Of a stretch of 64,000 nucleotides of DNA, positions 50,771-64,000 are shown piece after piece. The position numbers were made by a program, and so were the translations under genes. Numbering within the stretch: the stretch's first letter is position 1; every line of letters begins with the position of its first letter. The stretch comes from Vicugna vicugna (Eukaryota). A model generated the notes under the pieces. The model saw only the letters and a list, made by a program, of their open reading frames with translations, ran no database searches and was not told the origin of the DNA. Where the stretch lies: the NCBI GenBank assembly GCA_013265495.1, contig MU058636.1, positions 4,747,741-4,811,740 on the forward strand, in the 5' to 3' direction.

Positions 50771-51044
50771 CTAGAGAAGGACGTTCTTAGGTAATTGCTA
50801 AAAATAATCTCTTTAATAAGAAATATCTAATCAAAAATACAACTATTTTAAGTTAAGGTTCTCATTTTCCAGTTGAAATAATTGTATTGACTAATATATT
50901 AAATGAAACTTTTATAAGTTTTATTAGTATATCTTGATACATGTCAAATCATTTTCTAAAATTATATTACTTATTGATTATACATTAACTCATAAAGACT
51001 TACTGAATAATCTTGTACAATGTAGGTTTTTTTGCAAAGAATAG

Positions 51045-51290
<246 letters not shown>

Positions 51291-51753
51291 TAAAGCATTA
51301 TACCATGTCAGCATACAGAGGTCATAGAGGTACACTAGCCAGTTGTTGGTGGCAGGTGCCATCCCACACTGCTGTTCAGTGGTATGGAGCCATTCTTTTG
51401 TCACCCCCAACCCCCTACTCCATCACACATTCCTACACCTCTTTCTTCCCTCTTCTCCTACTGTCTCCTTAACCTCTTGGCCCATTTGAAGAATGTGAAT
51501 TACTAATTTGATCCACTATTTAGGGATTGCTAATAAAGCATTTTTGCATTTGGGGGTTTTAATATTTTATTTATATTTTAGCAGTATAAAACTTAATATA
51601 TTGCTAGCTACCAAATTTTAAGTTCTCTTTGGTCTCAGTATTTCTTCAATAAAGGTGTTTAATTTTATTCTTGGTTATTTGGTGGCTTTTTTTAAGCAAT
51701 GGAATTCTAGACTCACAATTCCTAAAACAATGCATTTTTCTTTTTCTTTTTAG

Positions 51754-52108
51754 ATATGATGTGGAAATTGATAGAAGCAGAAGATCAGCTATTAAAAAGA
51801 TAATGGAAAAGGATGACACAGCTGCAAAAACACTTGTTCTCTGTGTTTCTGAAATAGCTTCATTAAGCACAGATACATCTGAAACTCCTAGCAGTAAAAC
51901 TAGTGGTGTAGATACCACAAAAGCAGCCGTGGTCGAACTTACAGATGGATGGTATGCTATTAAGGCCCAGACAGACCCTCCCCTCTCAGCTCTCATAAAG
52001 AACGGGAGACTGACTGTGGGTCAGAAGGTCATTATTCACGGAGCAGAGCTGGTGGGCTCTCCTGATGCCTGTACACCTCTTGAAGCCCCAGAATCTCTTA
52101 TGTTAAAG
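51754..52108 (+). CDS. BRCA2: BRCA2 exon 18 (OB1; ELTDGWY)
   Basis: ttttag| ... AAG|gtaaat. 355 nt. Confidence 0.97.
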
Positions 52109-52299
52109 GTAAATTAAATTAATGCACACTCTTGGTGCAGAAAAGTCAGTTACTGATTTTAAGTTCTAGGGAAGTTTCAAACTTAAAATTTTAAATTTAC
52201 TTATGCCTATTAAGGATGTTTCTTGAAAATGTACCGATACTCTTAGTCTTTCTAGGTTTATTTCCTAATTTTAAGGGCATTCAACCTCCAGAGGCTTCT

Positions 52300-53480
52300 T
52301 GAAAAAGAAAACATGCAGTGTTTTTTCATCTTATCACAAGATTGGCTGAATATAGAATTTGAGGTTGGAATAATTTTGAAGACATTTCCTCTGTTATCTA
52401 TTGCTTCTAGTACAATTTCTGCTAAGTTTAGTGCTGGTCTTACTCCCAGTCCTTCACCGTGTGATCTGCTTCCAAGATGTTTCTAAGATCGTTTGTCTCC
52501 ATTATTCTGAAATTGCACAAAGAGGTGATTTAGTATCAGCCTTTTTTTTTTTTTTTAATCATTGTCTTGGGTACATAGTGGCAGTCAGTCTGTAGGTATA
52601 TGTCCTTTGAGTTCTGGGACATTTTCTTGGAGTAGTTCTTTGATAATTTCTTCCCTCTTTTTTCTCAAACTCCTGATACTTGAACATTAGGCCTCTTAGT
52701 TTGGTCATCTAATTTTCTCATCTTTTTGATTTTTCTGTTTTATTGTCTTTTTTCCTCCCTACTTTTAGTTCTTAATCTTATCTTCTAATCCCTGAAGGGA
52801 ATGAATAGTATTCCTATTGGCATGATTTCCAATTTATAAGAGACTTTTATTTATTATTCCTTAAATGTTTCTTTTTTTAATTGAATTTGGTTATTGTTTC
52901 ATAGATATAATATCTTCTTATCTTTCTGAATCTATTAATTAATATTTTGTTTTAATTTCATTTTCTCTGCTTCCTGCATTTTTTTCCTTGTGAGGACCTC
53001 TTTTTCTCTTTGTTTGAGCCTCTCAGATTGGAGACTTCCTCAACTGCTGGTTGCTGGCTGTTCCTTCCTCTTCAGGAGTGGGCAGTGATGAGCTGATCAG
53101 CAGCTCTGTGCGTCAGCTTGTGGGGGTGAAGCAGATGGGGACTTGATGTTTTTCCTTAGGAGATACCAGTGATCATTCTGAGGGCTGAGCAGAGTAAGAA
53201 AACTAATAGAGAAACTCATTTTTAGCATAAGAATAAGTCTTAGGGCTATTGTAAAGATTAAATATTAATTTTAAAAAAAAAACACTTATCACTGTGCCAG
53301 GCACCATAGGAAGTGCTATATGAATGTTTGCTACTTTTAGTAACTGCGGTCATTCTTGGGCTGCTTTGTTATTTACCATTTGTCCAATAAATTCTGAGCT
53401 TCCAAAATTTTGGTAGTATCTATTTTCCTCTTCTTTCTAGTTCTCTTTGTCCTTATAGGTTTTTTGAGGGAGCTAGATAA
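52300..53480 (-). mobile_element. Old L1M relic, antisense (T-rich)
   Basis: ttggctgaatatagaatt...ttctgggacattttctt...ctttgataatttcttccct, typical of reverse-complemented L1ME ORF1-region. Confidence 0.5.
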
Positions 53481-53769
53481 GTAAGTATATCTTACTTCAG
53501 TTTAAACATGACGGATTCTCTTTATTAATTTTCAATAGTAATGTTTATATAACATTAAGACTCTGTATCATTTAAATAATTTCTTTGAGATACTGTATTT
53601 TAAGTTAGTATCATACAGTTTTCCTGCTTATTCACTCTCTTTTCTTCATGAGACGTTTAATAGAGAATGTTTTTAAAGCAGCCCTAAAGGAAGGAAAACT
53701 ATTATGAAATCTGAAAGAGAACTGAATATATATCTAACTTATAAGTGACTTATTTATTAATTTGTCCAG

Positions 53770-53925
53770 ATTTCCACTAACAGCACTCGGCCTGCTCGCT
53801 GGTATGCCAAACTCGGATTCTCTCCGGATCCTAGACCTTTTCCTCTTCCTTTGTCATCACTTTTCAGTGATGGAGGAAATGTTGGTTGTGTTGACATAAT
53901 TGTTCAAAGAGCATACCCTATTCAG
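53770..53925 (+). CDS. BRCA2: BRCA2 exon 19
   Basis: gtccag| ... CAG|gtatga. 156 nt. [12 protein letters not shown]. Confidence 0.97.
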
Positions 53926-54024
53926 GTATGATATATTCTGAAGCTTGCTATGTATTTCTCTCTTTAGAGACAGTTAATTTGAATCCCTCCCTAACGTGTA
54001 TCTTTGTTTGACACATTGTTACAG

Positions 54025-54169
54025 TGGATGGAGAAGACACCATCTGGATTATACATATTTCGCAATGAAAGAGAAGAAGAAAAGGAAGCAACAAAACATG
54101 CAGAAGCCCAACAAAAGAAACTAGAAGCCCTGTTCACTAAACTTCAAGCAGAATTTGAAGAGCATGAAG
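54025..54169 (+). CDS. BRCA2: BRCA2 exon 20
   Basis: ttacag| ... AAG|gtaaag. 145 nt. Confidence 0.97.
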
Positions 54170-55096
54170 GTAAAGCGAGTCATGTTTACAAGACCTTTTT
54201 TTCATGTGAGAACAAAGTTTTAGAGGTTTCTAATTGAGTGAATTGTCTTTCTTTTGAGTAACAGATTTTTTTTTTCCTAGTTCTGAATCTGGATTTTTTT
54301 CTGATTTTTAAAAACAATTTTACATAGATATACAGATAAGCATTGAATTGGCCCCAAAATATCACATGTTTATTCAACATAGTAAGCTTTTAGATCCTCA
54401 TAATTGTCTCAGACAATGAAGCATTACATACCCACAGCACTTTTTAGAAGTCCAGTAAACTCCCTCTTCAGCTTTCGTACTAAAGTATTTGTAGTGTCCA
54501 CGCTGGGTATTAGAGAAGAAAAGCAACAAGGGAAAGAACTATCAGGTGATTTTCCCCAAGCCCTTTGTCATTCTCTCTTCTCTGTGCCCTTATCTACATT
54601 TTAGAACTTGCATTTTTGGCGTTGAATTTTATGTTTTTATACTGGAGCTACAACTTGTTTTCGCTGTGGCATCAATTTTAATAATAAAAATCATAGTGTT
54701 TTATGTTTAAGGACATGAAATTTACTTTTTTACCCTTTTTATTGCAGAAAATTTTATGTTCTGCGTATGTTCATGATTTTCTTTATTATTTAATTTCATG
54801 TTCTACATAAATCTGCAGAAAAATTGGGCTCTCAATATTTGATTTGCTTAAAATTATCACCAACTCATGATAAAGCAAATCATGAAGTTATTTACTTAAT
54901 TTACAAATTGCTCTAATTGAATAAACTATATTTTTTAAACCATGAATACACTAGTTTCACATTTTCCTGGAGAACTTTTAGCAGATAAATGGTTTGTTTT
55001 TTAACCTCCCTACTCTGGGTGTTTTTTGCTGGATTCTCTAGTTTTCCATATTCTTAAATTTGTAGTTTAGCTAATTAGTGTTTTTCCCCCCGCTAG

Positions 55097-55218
55097 ACAA
55101 TGTAACAGAACGATATATACCTCCACGTGCACTGACAAGACAGCAAGTCCGTGCTCTGCAAGATGGTGCAGAACTTTATGAAGCCGTGAAGAATGCAGCA
55201 GACCCAGGTTACCTTGAG
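55097..55218 (+). CDS. BRCA2: BRCA2 exon 21 (tower; [13 protein letters not shown])
   Basis: cgctag| ... GAG|gtgaga. 122 nt. Confidence 0.97.
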
Positions 55219-57449
55219 GTGAGAGTAAGCGGGCCTGCAGTGAGCTTTAATCCTCATCCTTTAATGTGGGAGGCTGTAGTCAGTCTTCTGGCCGTTACGG
55301 GAAACAGCATGTTGAAATGCTGTGTTTCTCAAAGGGGGCATGTACTTTTCTAGGGTCCTCAGTGATGTACCAAACCAGTGTGGTACATTTCCAATTCTGT
55401 ACCAAATAGAGGATGAGAGGGTTAAATAATTTTATATATCAAATATGCTCTAAAATACAGGCAAAACTTGTTTATTTTTAAGATAAAATAAATATCTTCA
55501 AAGCAATGTCTCAGTTTCCATGTTCTCAGCTCTTTCTCAGATCTTTAGACCTAGAGTTTATTTCCTAATCCTCTACCTTAAGGGTACTTAGGTGAGAAAG
55601 TTTCAGAAGCACTAAACTGTTACAAATAGCATAGGCCTTAAAATCATGGTTCTACCATTTATTAGCTAAGCAAGTTGGACATAAAATAGCTATCAAATGG
55701 GCACAAAAGATGTTGTTTTAGGCAAATCAGATAATGTATGTAAAGTATACTGTTACAAAGTTCTATATAAATGTTAGTCACTATTATTAGAACATCATTT
55801 CGTATATTAAGGTGAGCTACTGCCTAATTTTTAGACACCTGGGTCTAATTAGATAATTAATGCAAATTCTAGGATTAGTTTGGTAAATAGGGAGGAGAGG
55901 GGAAATTCTAGGAAAACTTGTTTATTTATTGATTAATCTCATTTATTTGGTGACAATAAATCTTGTATATAGCCTTTACTTTCTTAAATAGTGGGAGCTT
56001 AAAATAAATACTACTCCACTAGGAGAGTGAGGCGTGCTGTTCTGAATAGAATTCCCTTAGATTCCCAAATGTTGCAACTCAGTCTCCCTGTGAGAAGTCA
56101 GTGCTGTTTTCAAGCCTGTGAGTATAGTTGCTCCACGTCTGTAAGGCTTTATTATGCTCATCTGAAAAATTAGTTGCCCCTCTCTCTTTACCTTTGTTGA
56201 AGCTTGTGACATATATGAAGATAGTTCTAATTTCATCCACAAATTTTAACAAAATATTATTCTGGTTTCCACTGATAGAATTTACTGATAAGGAAAAAGT
56301 AAGGGGGCAGAATGAGAGTTGGAGGACTACGTTCTAGACCTGGCCCTGCCCCTGTGTAGCTGGACAAGTGGTTTGTCTCTCAGACCTCCTTTCCACTGTC
56401 TGTCAAGGGAAAGCCTGAGAGGGGCTTTCAGGTTCTAAGTTTATATGATTCTATGAAATTTCACTTAAAGTTATTATAATCCCTAGAGGGAACCATCAGT
56501 TTCTAAAATACCCTGTTAAAAGGACTTGTTTTCAGTGGCAATACTTTAATGTTGTGGGACTTCTGAAACCATATATCTTTTTAAAATTTCATGTTTAAAC
56601 TAAACACTGCATATCTAGGAAGACCTTTGTAGAGCACAGGGATTTCATAGTCTCGCCTCCTAACACGGACTCGGGTGTTAGGATGGGGAAGCCAGCAGCA
56701 GTCTAGTAGGCTGTGTGTTGAGATTCTGCTTCCTGTTTATTCTGGTTTTGGTTTACTCATTTATTTGTTTTTTGTTAACACTGGGTGAGATTCCCAGGAG
56801 GTTTAAACAGCAATTTGCTGAAATGATGGGGAGAGAAGTGCAGAGGCAGAGATAAGTGCTTGTAGTACATGTCTGTTTTAAATTGTATCTCCTGTTCTAG
56901 AGAGTTAAGGCGATTATACTACAGGAGCTAAGAAGGAGGGCTCTTGAGCCAACCCCTGTCTGTATGCCTCTGCAAGTTATTTATTCTGTCTTTACCTCAG
57001 TTTCATCATCTACCACAAGAAAACAATAATAGTACCTCATGGGATTATTGTAAGGATTGAATGATTTAATCAATACATTACCTCCCCCCCACATAGATAT
57101 ATTTCTCAAATATAGTAAGCATTCAGATGTTAGCCATTTATAATGTCAGTGTTGATGATTATGATTATTAGAGTATGTTTATAAATAGGGGTTGTTTGGG
57201 CCCTAGGTAAATTTGTCACAAATTACTAATATTACTAATACTGTTTAAGGCACTTGAAAATATTCGTTATATGATAAGCTGAGACCTTTAATCTCAATTT
57301 TTATATTATCACATCCTTAAAGTGAACTTGATTCTGTTGTATTTTATCCCCATTTAAAGAGTTTCATTACAATAGATGAGTTGTTTTGTTTCTGTTTTGT
57401 TTGCTTTGTATTCCAAAATCATCTGCCTTAATTTATTAAATGGCTACAG

Positions 57450-57648
57450 GGTTATTTTAGTGAAGAGCAGTTAAGAGCCTTGAATAATCACAGACAGATG
57501 TTGAATGATAAGAAGCAAGCCCAGATCCAGTTGGAATTCAGGAAGGCTATGGCATCTGCTGAACAAGGGGAACAGATTTTACCAAGGGATGTTACAACGG
57601 TGTGGAAGTTGCGTATCATAAGCTATAAGAAAAAGGAAAAAGATTCAG
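57450..57648 (+). CDS. BRCA2: BRCA2 exon 22
   Basis: ctacag| ... CAG|gtcagt. 199 nt. Confidence 0.97.
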
Positions 57649-57879
57649 GTCAGTATGTAAATTTTTTGTTTTTATAAATTTTTTAAGTTAAAAAATTAGA
57701 TAAAATTATTTCAAATGCTAGATAAAGTGTAAAGTGAGCGTATATCAGAGAAGCAAAACTGGGTTTCCAGTGCCCACAACATGATAATCCTTAGATCTTA
57801 ATTGTCCTCAGTATTTATTTTTAAACAAGACTTTTCTTAATGATTACCATTTCTCCCATTGTGTCTTCTTTCTCTTTAA

Positions 57880-58050
<171 letters not shown>

Positions 58051-58135
58051 TAAACTTTTTATTATATTTTTCAATTTTGATAAATGTGTGTTAGTTTATA
58101 GAATCCACATATATCCATATTTATTTTTCTTGTAG

Positions 58136-58274
58136 GCGTCAGATGAAATTCTATTTCAAGTTTATCAGCCAAGGGAGCCCCTTCACTTCAACAAATTATT
58201 GGATCCAGACTTCCAGCCGCCTTGCTCTGAGGTGGACCTGATAGGATTTGTAGTTTCAGTTGTGAAAAAAATAG
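58136..58274 (+). CDS. BRCA2: BRCA2 exon 24
   Basis: ttgtag| ... TAG|gtaata. 139 nt. [17 protein letters not shown]. Confidence 0.97.
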
Positions 58275-58599
58275 GTAATAACACAGTGTATTTAATGGTA
58301 GCTTTTTATGGATGCTTTTGAAAACATTATATTTTAAAACTTGTCTTCATGATTAATTGGACTACTAATCAGCAAGTTTGGTAACTAGTGATTTGAACGT
58401 AGGCTTGTTTTTAACCCCGATTCTTAATGAAAAGCAATTCTACATTATTACAAGGAAACAACTTACATCCCATCTGTGCTACTTAATTTTAAAGAAATTG
58501 CTAGAAAGTGTCTTGCAGCATATTAGTGATTCCTAGACGGATCCTTATAATCTCCCTCTGCAGCTAACTGAGCAATCAGGCCTCCACCTCCTGCTTCAG

Positions 58600-61500
58600 T
58601 TTTTACTACTTTCCAGCATCTTAGCCAAATTCATCTGTATTTTATTCCTTCAGTATGATATTGCTCATTCCTCTTCCCACACCATTCTATAGATTTTATC
58701 TTCAAAGCCACACTCTCTTGTCTACTTGAGTACTATGCAAGTGTCAGGGTCAGCTTAGGTCTCAACTAGAAGCCTTCCATTTACTGTATTATTTCGCGCC
58801 AGGCACCTCAGTGCTCTGTCCTCCATTCTCTTCAGCTGCGCTGACACCTTCCTTGCTGTTCTGAGCCAGTTTCATCACAGAGCCTTTCTACTCACTGCTC
58901 CCTGCCCAGAAGCCCCTCCCTGCAGACAGCCACGTGGCTGGCCCCCTTGGCTCCTTCAGGTCTCTGGGCAAATGCAACCTTGTAAGAGGCCTTTTGCTGA
59001 GCACCCTTTGTAAGAGAGCTGTACTCCCTCTGCTCCCCAGCCCAGCCTTTTCTCTTCTTTACTCTGCTTTATTTTTCTGCATAGCACCCACCACGTGTGT
59101 CTCCTTCTTCTGGAATGTTGGCTCTCTAAGGGCAGAGACTTGGTTACCACTGTATCCTCAGCTCTTAAAACAGTGCGTGGTTCAGGGTAGGGTCCCAAAT
59201 TGGTAGATTCCTTGTTTGATTATCAACTGTTCTGTCATGGTTTTTACCTTCCTCAGTTCTTTGGCTAAGGCTTATTGTCAGTCCTTTTTTCAAGAAGCCT
59301 TCAAGTATGCCGTATTCCATGAGTTCCTCATATGTCTGAAATATGTACCTAATGCCTAATTCTGAGACCTTATCTTGGCAGGTACAATAATTTGGGATCT
59401 TGCTTTTCTTCCTTCAGAACTTTGTAGAAATTGCTCTTTTGATATTGAACAGTCTGGGACTTGCCTAATTTTCCCCCATTTAGGTGATTTTCTTTTTATG
59501 TCTAGATGTGTGAAGAATATGTCTCGAAGTCCAAAAGTTTAAGCTATGTTTTAGTATAAGCATTCTGTATACAGTTCTCCTGGAACACTGATGCCTTTTT
59601 AATCTGCAGGTTCAGTGCTTTCTTTATTTCAAGGGAATTCTGTAGTATCTTTGAATAAATCTGCTATTTCATTTTTTGGGATTTCTACTTCAAGGACAGC
59701 AGTTAGTATTATGTTGGATTGTTTTTATTTTTATTTTTATCTCTTCTCTGATTGCTTCTGTTTCTTTGTCTTTTCCATCTTCATTCACCGTGATTATATC
59801 CAGCCTTTATGTCGTAATTTTATTTTCTGCAATCTATGTTTTATTTCTTGTTATTTGTAATGCATGTGTTTGTCCCATTATGTCCACAATTTATTTCTTT
59901 GGTCCTGTAATCTCCTTTTTGTCTTACCAGGCTATTTTTCATTCCATATTCACATTCAAGCTTTTATTGAATATATGTTATTAAGTTCAGTTACATGAAT
60001 CTCTTTTGAAGACTTCAGAAGTTTTCTTCTCTTCCAGTTTTGTTTACTTATGAGCTGTGCTCTTTGTTACTGGGCTCTTTTCTCCTTTTGTTTAATGTGT
60101 TTCTGTGTTTTGTTTAGTTCTGTTTTAGTGCTTTGTGGGGTTTTCTTTGACTATTATGTTAATATGCTACATGGTTTTCGTGGCGTTTTATTTCCTCTTG
60201 GTCATACTTGGGTGACTCTCTCCACACACTGTATTATTGTTATAGAGGGTAGGTAACTTGTATTCAATTGTTCAATTAATATTTATTGATGGTTATGTGC
60301 CAGGACTGTTTTAAATGCTGGGTGCAAAGCAATGAACAAAATAGACAAAAATCCCAGCCCTTGTGGAGCTTACATTATAGTTGGGGAGAGAGAACACACA
60401 AAATAAATAAGTAGCATGTAGCTTTCTTACTGTGGCTAAGGAAATTAAGTAGGGAGTGACAGCATCAGGGGGAAAGGGAGAGGAATGTGCCTTTAGACAG
60501 GGAAGTGAGGGAAGATCTCGCTGCAAAGGGGAAGAGCCAAAGAGATTTGAAGGACTAGAGGGAGGGGGAGCACATCTGGGGAAGGAACATTCCAGGCAGA
60601 AGGAACAGCAGTTACAAAGGTCATGTTACAGCAGGATCCTCCCTGGTGCCTTATGTATTGACAGAGGCCAGAGAATGAGGAGTAACATCTGGTAAGAGGC
60701 CGTCAAGGACCAGAGGATAGGGTGGTCTTATATAGATTAAATTTTTCTCTGAGTGTGATGGGAAGTCTTAGGAAGTTTTGAAGGAACGAGTGACATCTAG
60801 TGGATGTGTGGTGAGAGTGACGTTAGCTGGTAGCAGAGCTGGTCCGTCCCCCGCTGAAGAGGAAGGAGTATTGTATACCGGTACAGGTGCGAGTGGAAGA
60901 GGTGATGTGTAAGTGGAAACTGGTGGCAGATCTCTTCTGATTGCTTCTGTTTCCTCAGTAAAATAGGAAACAGAATCGTGAACTGAGTCAGAATTGAGGA
61001 AAACGTATTGAAGGTTTGAGAAGAGAGGAAAGGCATGAAGTTATTCAAGAAAGTGGCAGAGTGAATGGACTCTGTAAATACACTGTGAATGCCATGGCCC
61101 ACTGGAGGCTAATGTTCATGCGTATAAAATAAAACTAGTCTTCGTGGTTGTGTGATACTTTTCCAACCACGTTTAGCTATAAAGGTCCGTGTAGTGGGTG
61201 GGAAGTGAGACTTAACCAGACTTGTAGTTTAGCCCAGTGAATAACACAAATCAAGAAGGGCAAAGAATTTGGGGATATATGCAAAGGAGGGACTTTTAAT
61301 AACCAACCCTGAACTTTAAGCACAATACAGAGGAGAGAGAGGACCTTAGGGGAATGTGTCCCATTAGGGAAATGGGTGGTGTGTCCCAGGGGGCTTCAAG
61401 GATTGGTTGAGGTGGGGTTCTTGGGGGAGTGAGCTGGAAAGATCACAGGTGGTGGTTAAGAATGATTTATTTGAAACTGAGATTCTGGAGGGGATGAAGT

Positions 61501-62000
61501 TAGTTTATGGGAAATAAAGTCTTGGGTATGTGCAATGGAATGAGCAGCTGGCAGAAACAAGAACAGGATCATTCAAGGAGAAGAAAACAAGGAACCTGGA
61601 AGCCCAGGGTATTGGAGCGATTATCTGAAATCAGCAAGAAATACAGCAGCAGAGATGACAGAATGACGGTGAGCTGTAAGTTACACTCTTAAAGGAGGGA
61701 AAGGGAATGAGTGACTGCAGGCCCACAGATGCCTAAACGAGGAGAAGGAGTGAATGACACGGTTCACAGCTGGGTGTTTTAGGGAGGGGGAGCAGTGGGA
61801 GAGGCGAGGAGACACTACCCTCTGACATCCAGGAGACAAGGGCTCTGCAGAGGCAGCTGTGTCATCCAGGGAGAGCCAGGTTTCACTTCCAGTAACGGCT
61901 GAGGCTAGTGGAGATTTTACTGAGTTCCAGATAAGAGGCTCCCAGAATTCAGGGGGAGGTTGGAGATGGTGTCCAAAAAGGCAGTGTGTGAAGCTCTCTG
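58600..62000. mobile_element. Intron 24 repeat mosaic: L2 plus (about 58600-59210), L1M minus (about 59280-60200), L2 minus (about 60265-62000)
   Basis: L2 termini (ttcaattaatatttattga...tatgtgccagg) and a T-rich L1 antisense tract. Boundaries approximate. Confidence 0.5.
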
Positions 62001-62255
62001 GAGACTGAGTCCAGGCTCCCTGTGGAGACTGACCTCATGGTCCCAAGGCAGTTGTGGTGATGAGGTGAGGTATGTGGGGTAAAGAGGCCTGCCAGCACCC
62101 CATGCAGTTCTCGAGTCGTTTTTTTTCTTTTTCTACTGTATTCAAGACCGGTTTTTCCCCTCTTAGTTAAGTTTCTATCCACTATATATTCCATATCTAA
62201 AGAAGATAGAATCTCTGTTCTAGATCACTGTCCCTAGTTGAGTGAGTAACCCCAT

Positions 62256-62684
62256 GTATTAATGTGCTATGAGGCTGTAACTAAGTACCACAAACTGGGC
62301 GGCTTAAACAGCATAAATGTATCATCTCATAGTTCTGAAGGCTAGACATCTATAATCAAGACACTGGCAGGGTTGGTTCCTTCTGAGGGCTGAGAAGGAA
62401 TCTGTCCAAAGCCTCGCTCCCAGCTTCCGGTGGTTTGCTGGCAATCTTTGGCCTGTAGACGCATCACCCCAGTCTCTGCCTTCATCTTCACAGGACATTC
62501 CCCCTCTGTGCATGTCTGTGTCCAAATATCCTCTTTTCATAGGGACACTGGATTAGGATGCACCATAATAACCGCATCTTAACCTGATTTTGTCAGAAAA
62601 CACTGTATTTGCAAACAAGGTCACGTTCACAGGTACTGGGGGTTAGGACTTCAGCATCTTTAACGGGACACAGTTCAACCCACA
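62256..62684. mobile_element. MLT1 (ERVL-MaLR) solo LTR
   Basis: tgtatt...gctgtaac...taccacaaactgggcggcttaaa...ttctgagggct...aaggtcacgttcacaggtactgggggttaggacttca...ttcaaccca. Confidence 0.88.
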
Positions 62685-63589
62685 CGGCTGTTATTCTGTC
62701 AGTCAGTCCTCATCACTTGCTTTACACTGTGGCCATTTTCATTACTTCTAATCAGAAGGGGGAAAGGTAAGGATACTCATTCTATCTGCTTTTCTTCAGA
62801 TTTAAGGGTAATAGAATTCTCAGGATGTATGTCATCTCACCAGTGTGGGGAAGGGACGAGAAGCGGAGCCTCCTGTGCTTGGTTCTAGCCACAACCTTCT
62901 GTTTCTTTCCTTCATCATCAGTTTTTAAATTTTGTATCAGGATGTTCCTTATTTGCATGTTTTTGGTGAACATTTCTTTCTTTTATTTAGTTTGATGTCA
63001 AGTGTTAGAGAAAGAAAGCTCTACTAGAGAGCACCGCACTGCCACCTGAAGCCTGAAGTACTCGTTCCCTGACACCCAAATCTAATCGGGATGTGTCTCA
63101 GCTTAAAACCTTTGGTGGCTCTCCCTGCTCCTTAGAAAATGAAACCCGAGCTCCTTCATATGCCTGAAAACCTTTCAGCCTCCTGCCTTAAACCACCACC
63201 CCACATACCTCAGCAAAACTGTACCGTTTCACATACTTGACACAGTAAAGTATTTAACAGCTCCTACCTTTAAAATTGCATTCACTTTGCTTAGAATGTA
63301 CATTTCCTTCCCATCTTGATGAATTTTTCCTGTTTGCTGTTCAGCTTACATGTTGCCTGCTTCCCCATGGCCTCTGCAACAGAATGTGTTGTCATACTGC
63401 ATTGAAATTTTAGCATCAGAAGCAACAGGTCATTTTGGAAATGCTGAGCTTTCTCTAAATTTAGTTATTTTGATTTGTTTTTACCATCAGCATACCAAAA
63501 TAAATGGCCATATTTAGAGGTTCTTTGTATTTTTTAATTTATCTAACACATTTATAAATGAAGTCTTTTGTTTGTTTTCTGTTTTTTGA

Positions 63590-63901
<312 letters not shown>

Positions 63902-64000
63902 TGACAATCAGATGTCAAGGAAGTAGCAGTTTTTATGAAAATTGGATAGTTGAGTTATAAATGGAGGGTGAGATTTCACCATATGTTAATTGGTTATGAA

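Overview
Mammalian genomic DNA, most likely a camelid given a Vic-1-type tRNA(Ala)-derived SINE. It covers the head-to-head ZAR1L/BRCA2 locus. ZAR1L is complete on the minus strand: 4 coding exons, 323 aa, CDS 19302->11758. BRCA2 is on the plus strand: non-coding exon 1 in a CpG island at about 21.2 kb, then coding exons 2-25 (22115-63853). These total 9486 nt (3162 codons) in consistent phase; exons 26-27 lie beyond the window. The rest is L1, L2, MIR, hAT-Charlie/MER and MLT1 repeat sequence, with one 75-N gap. I see no previously undescribed biological system. The best leads are lineage-level details: an internally deleted BRC6 repeat, substitutions at normally conserved DNA-binding-domain residues, an in-frame cryptic donor in BRCA2 exon 3, a remodelled BRCA2 core-promoter repeat, ZAR1L 5'/3' translational-control motifs, and a nested L1 stack that may contain a transduction. 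Human comparisons are from recall of the human genes, not from alignments run here. Repeat family names are by eye.
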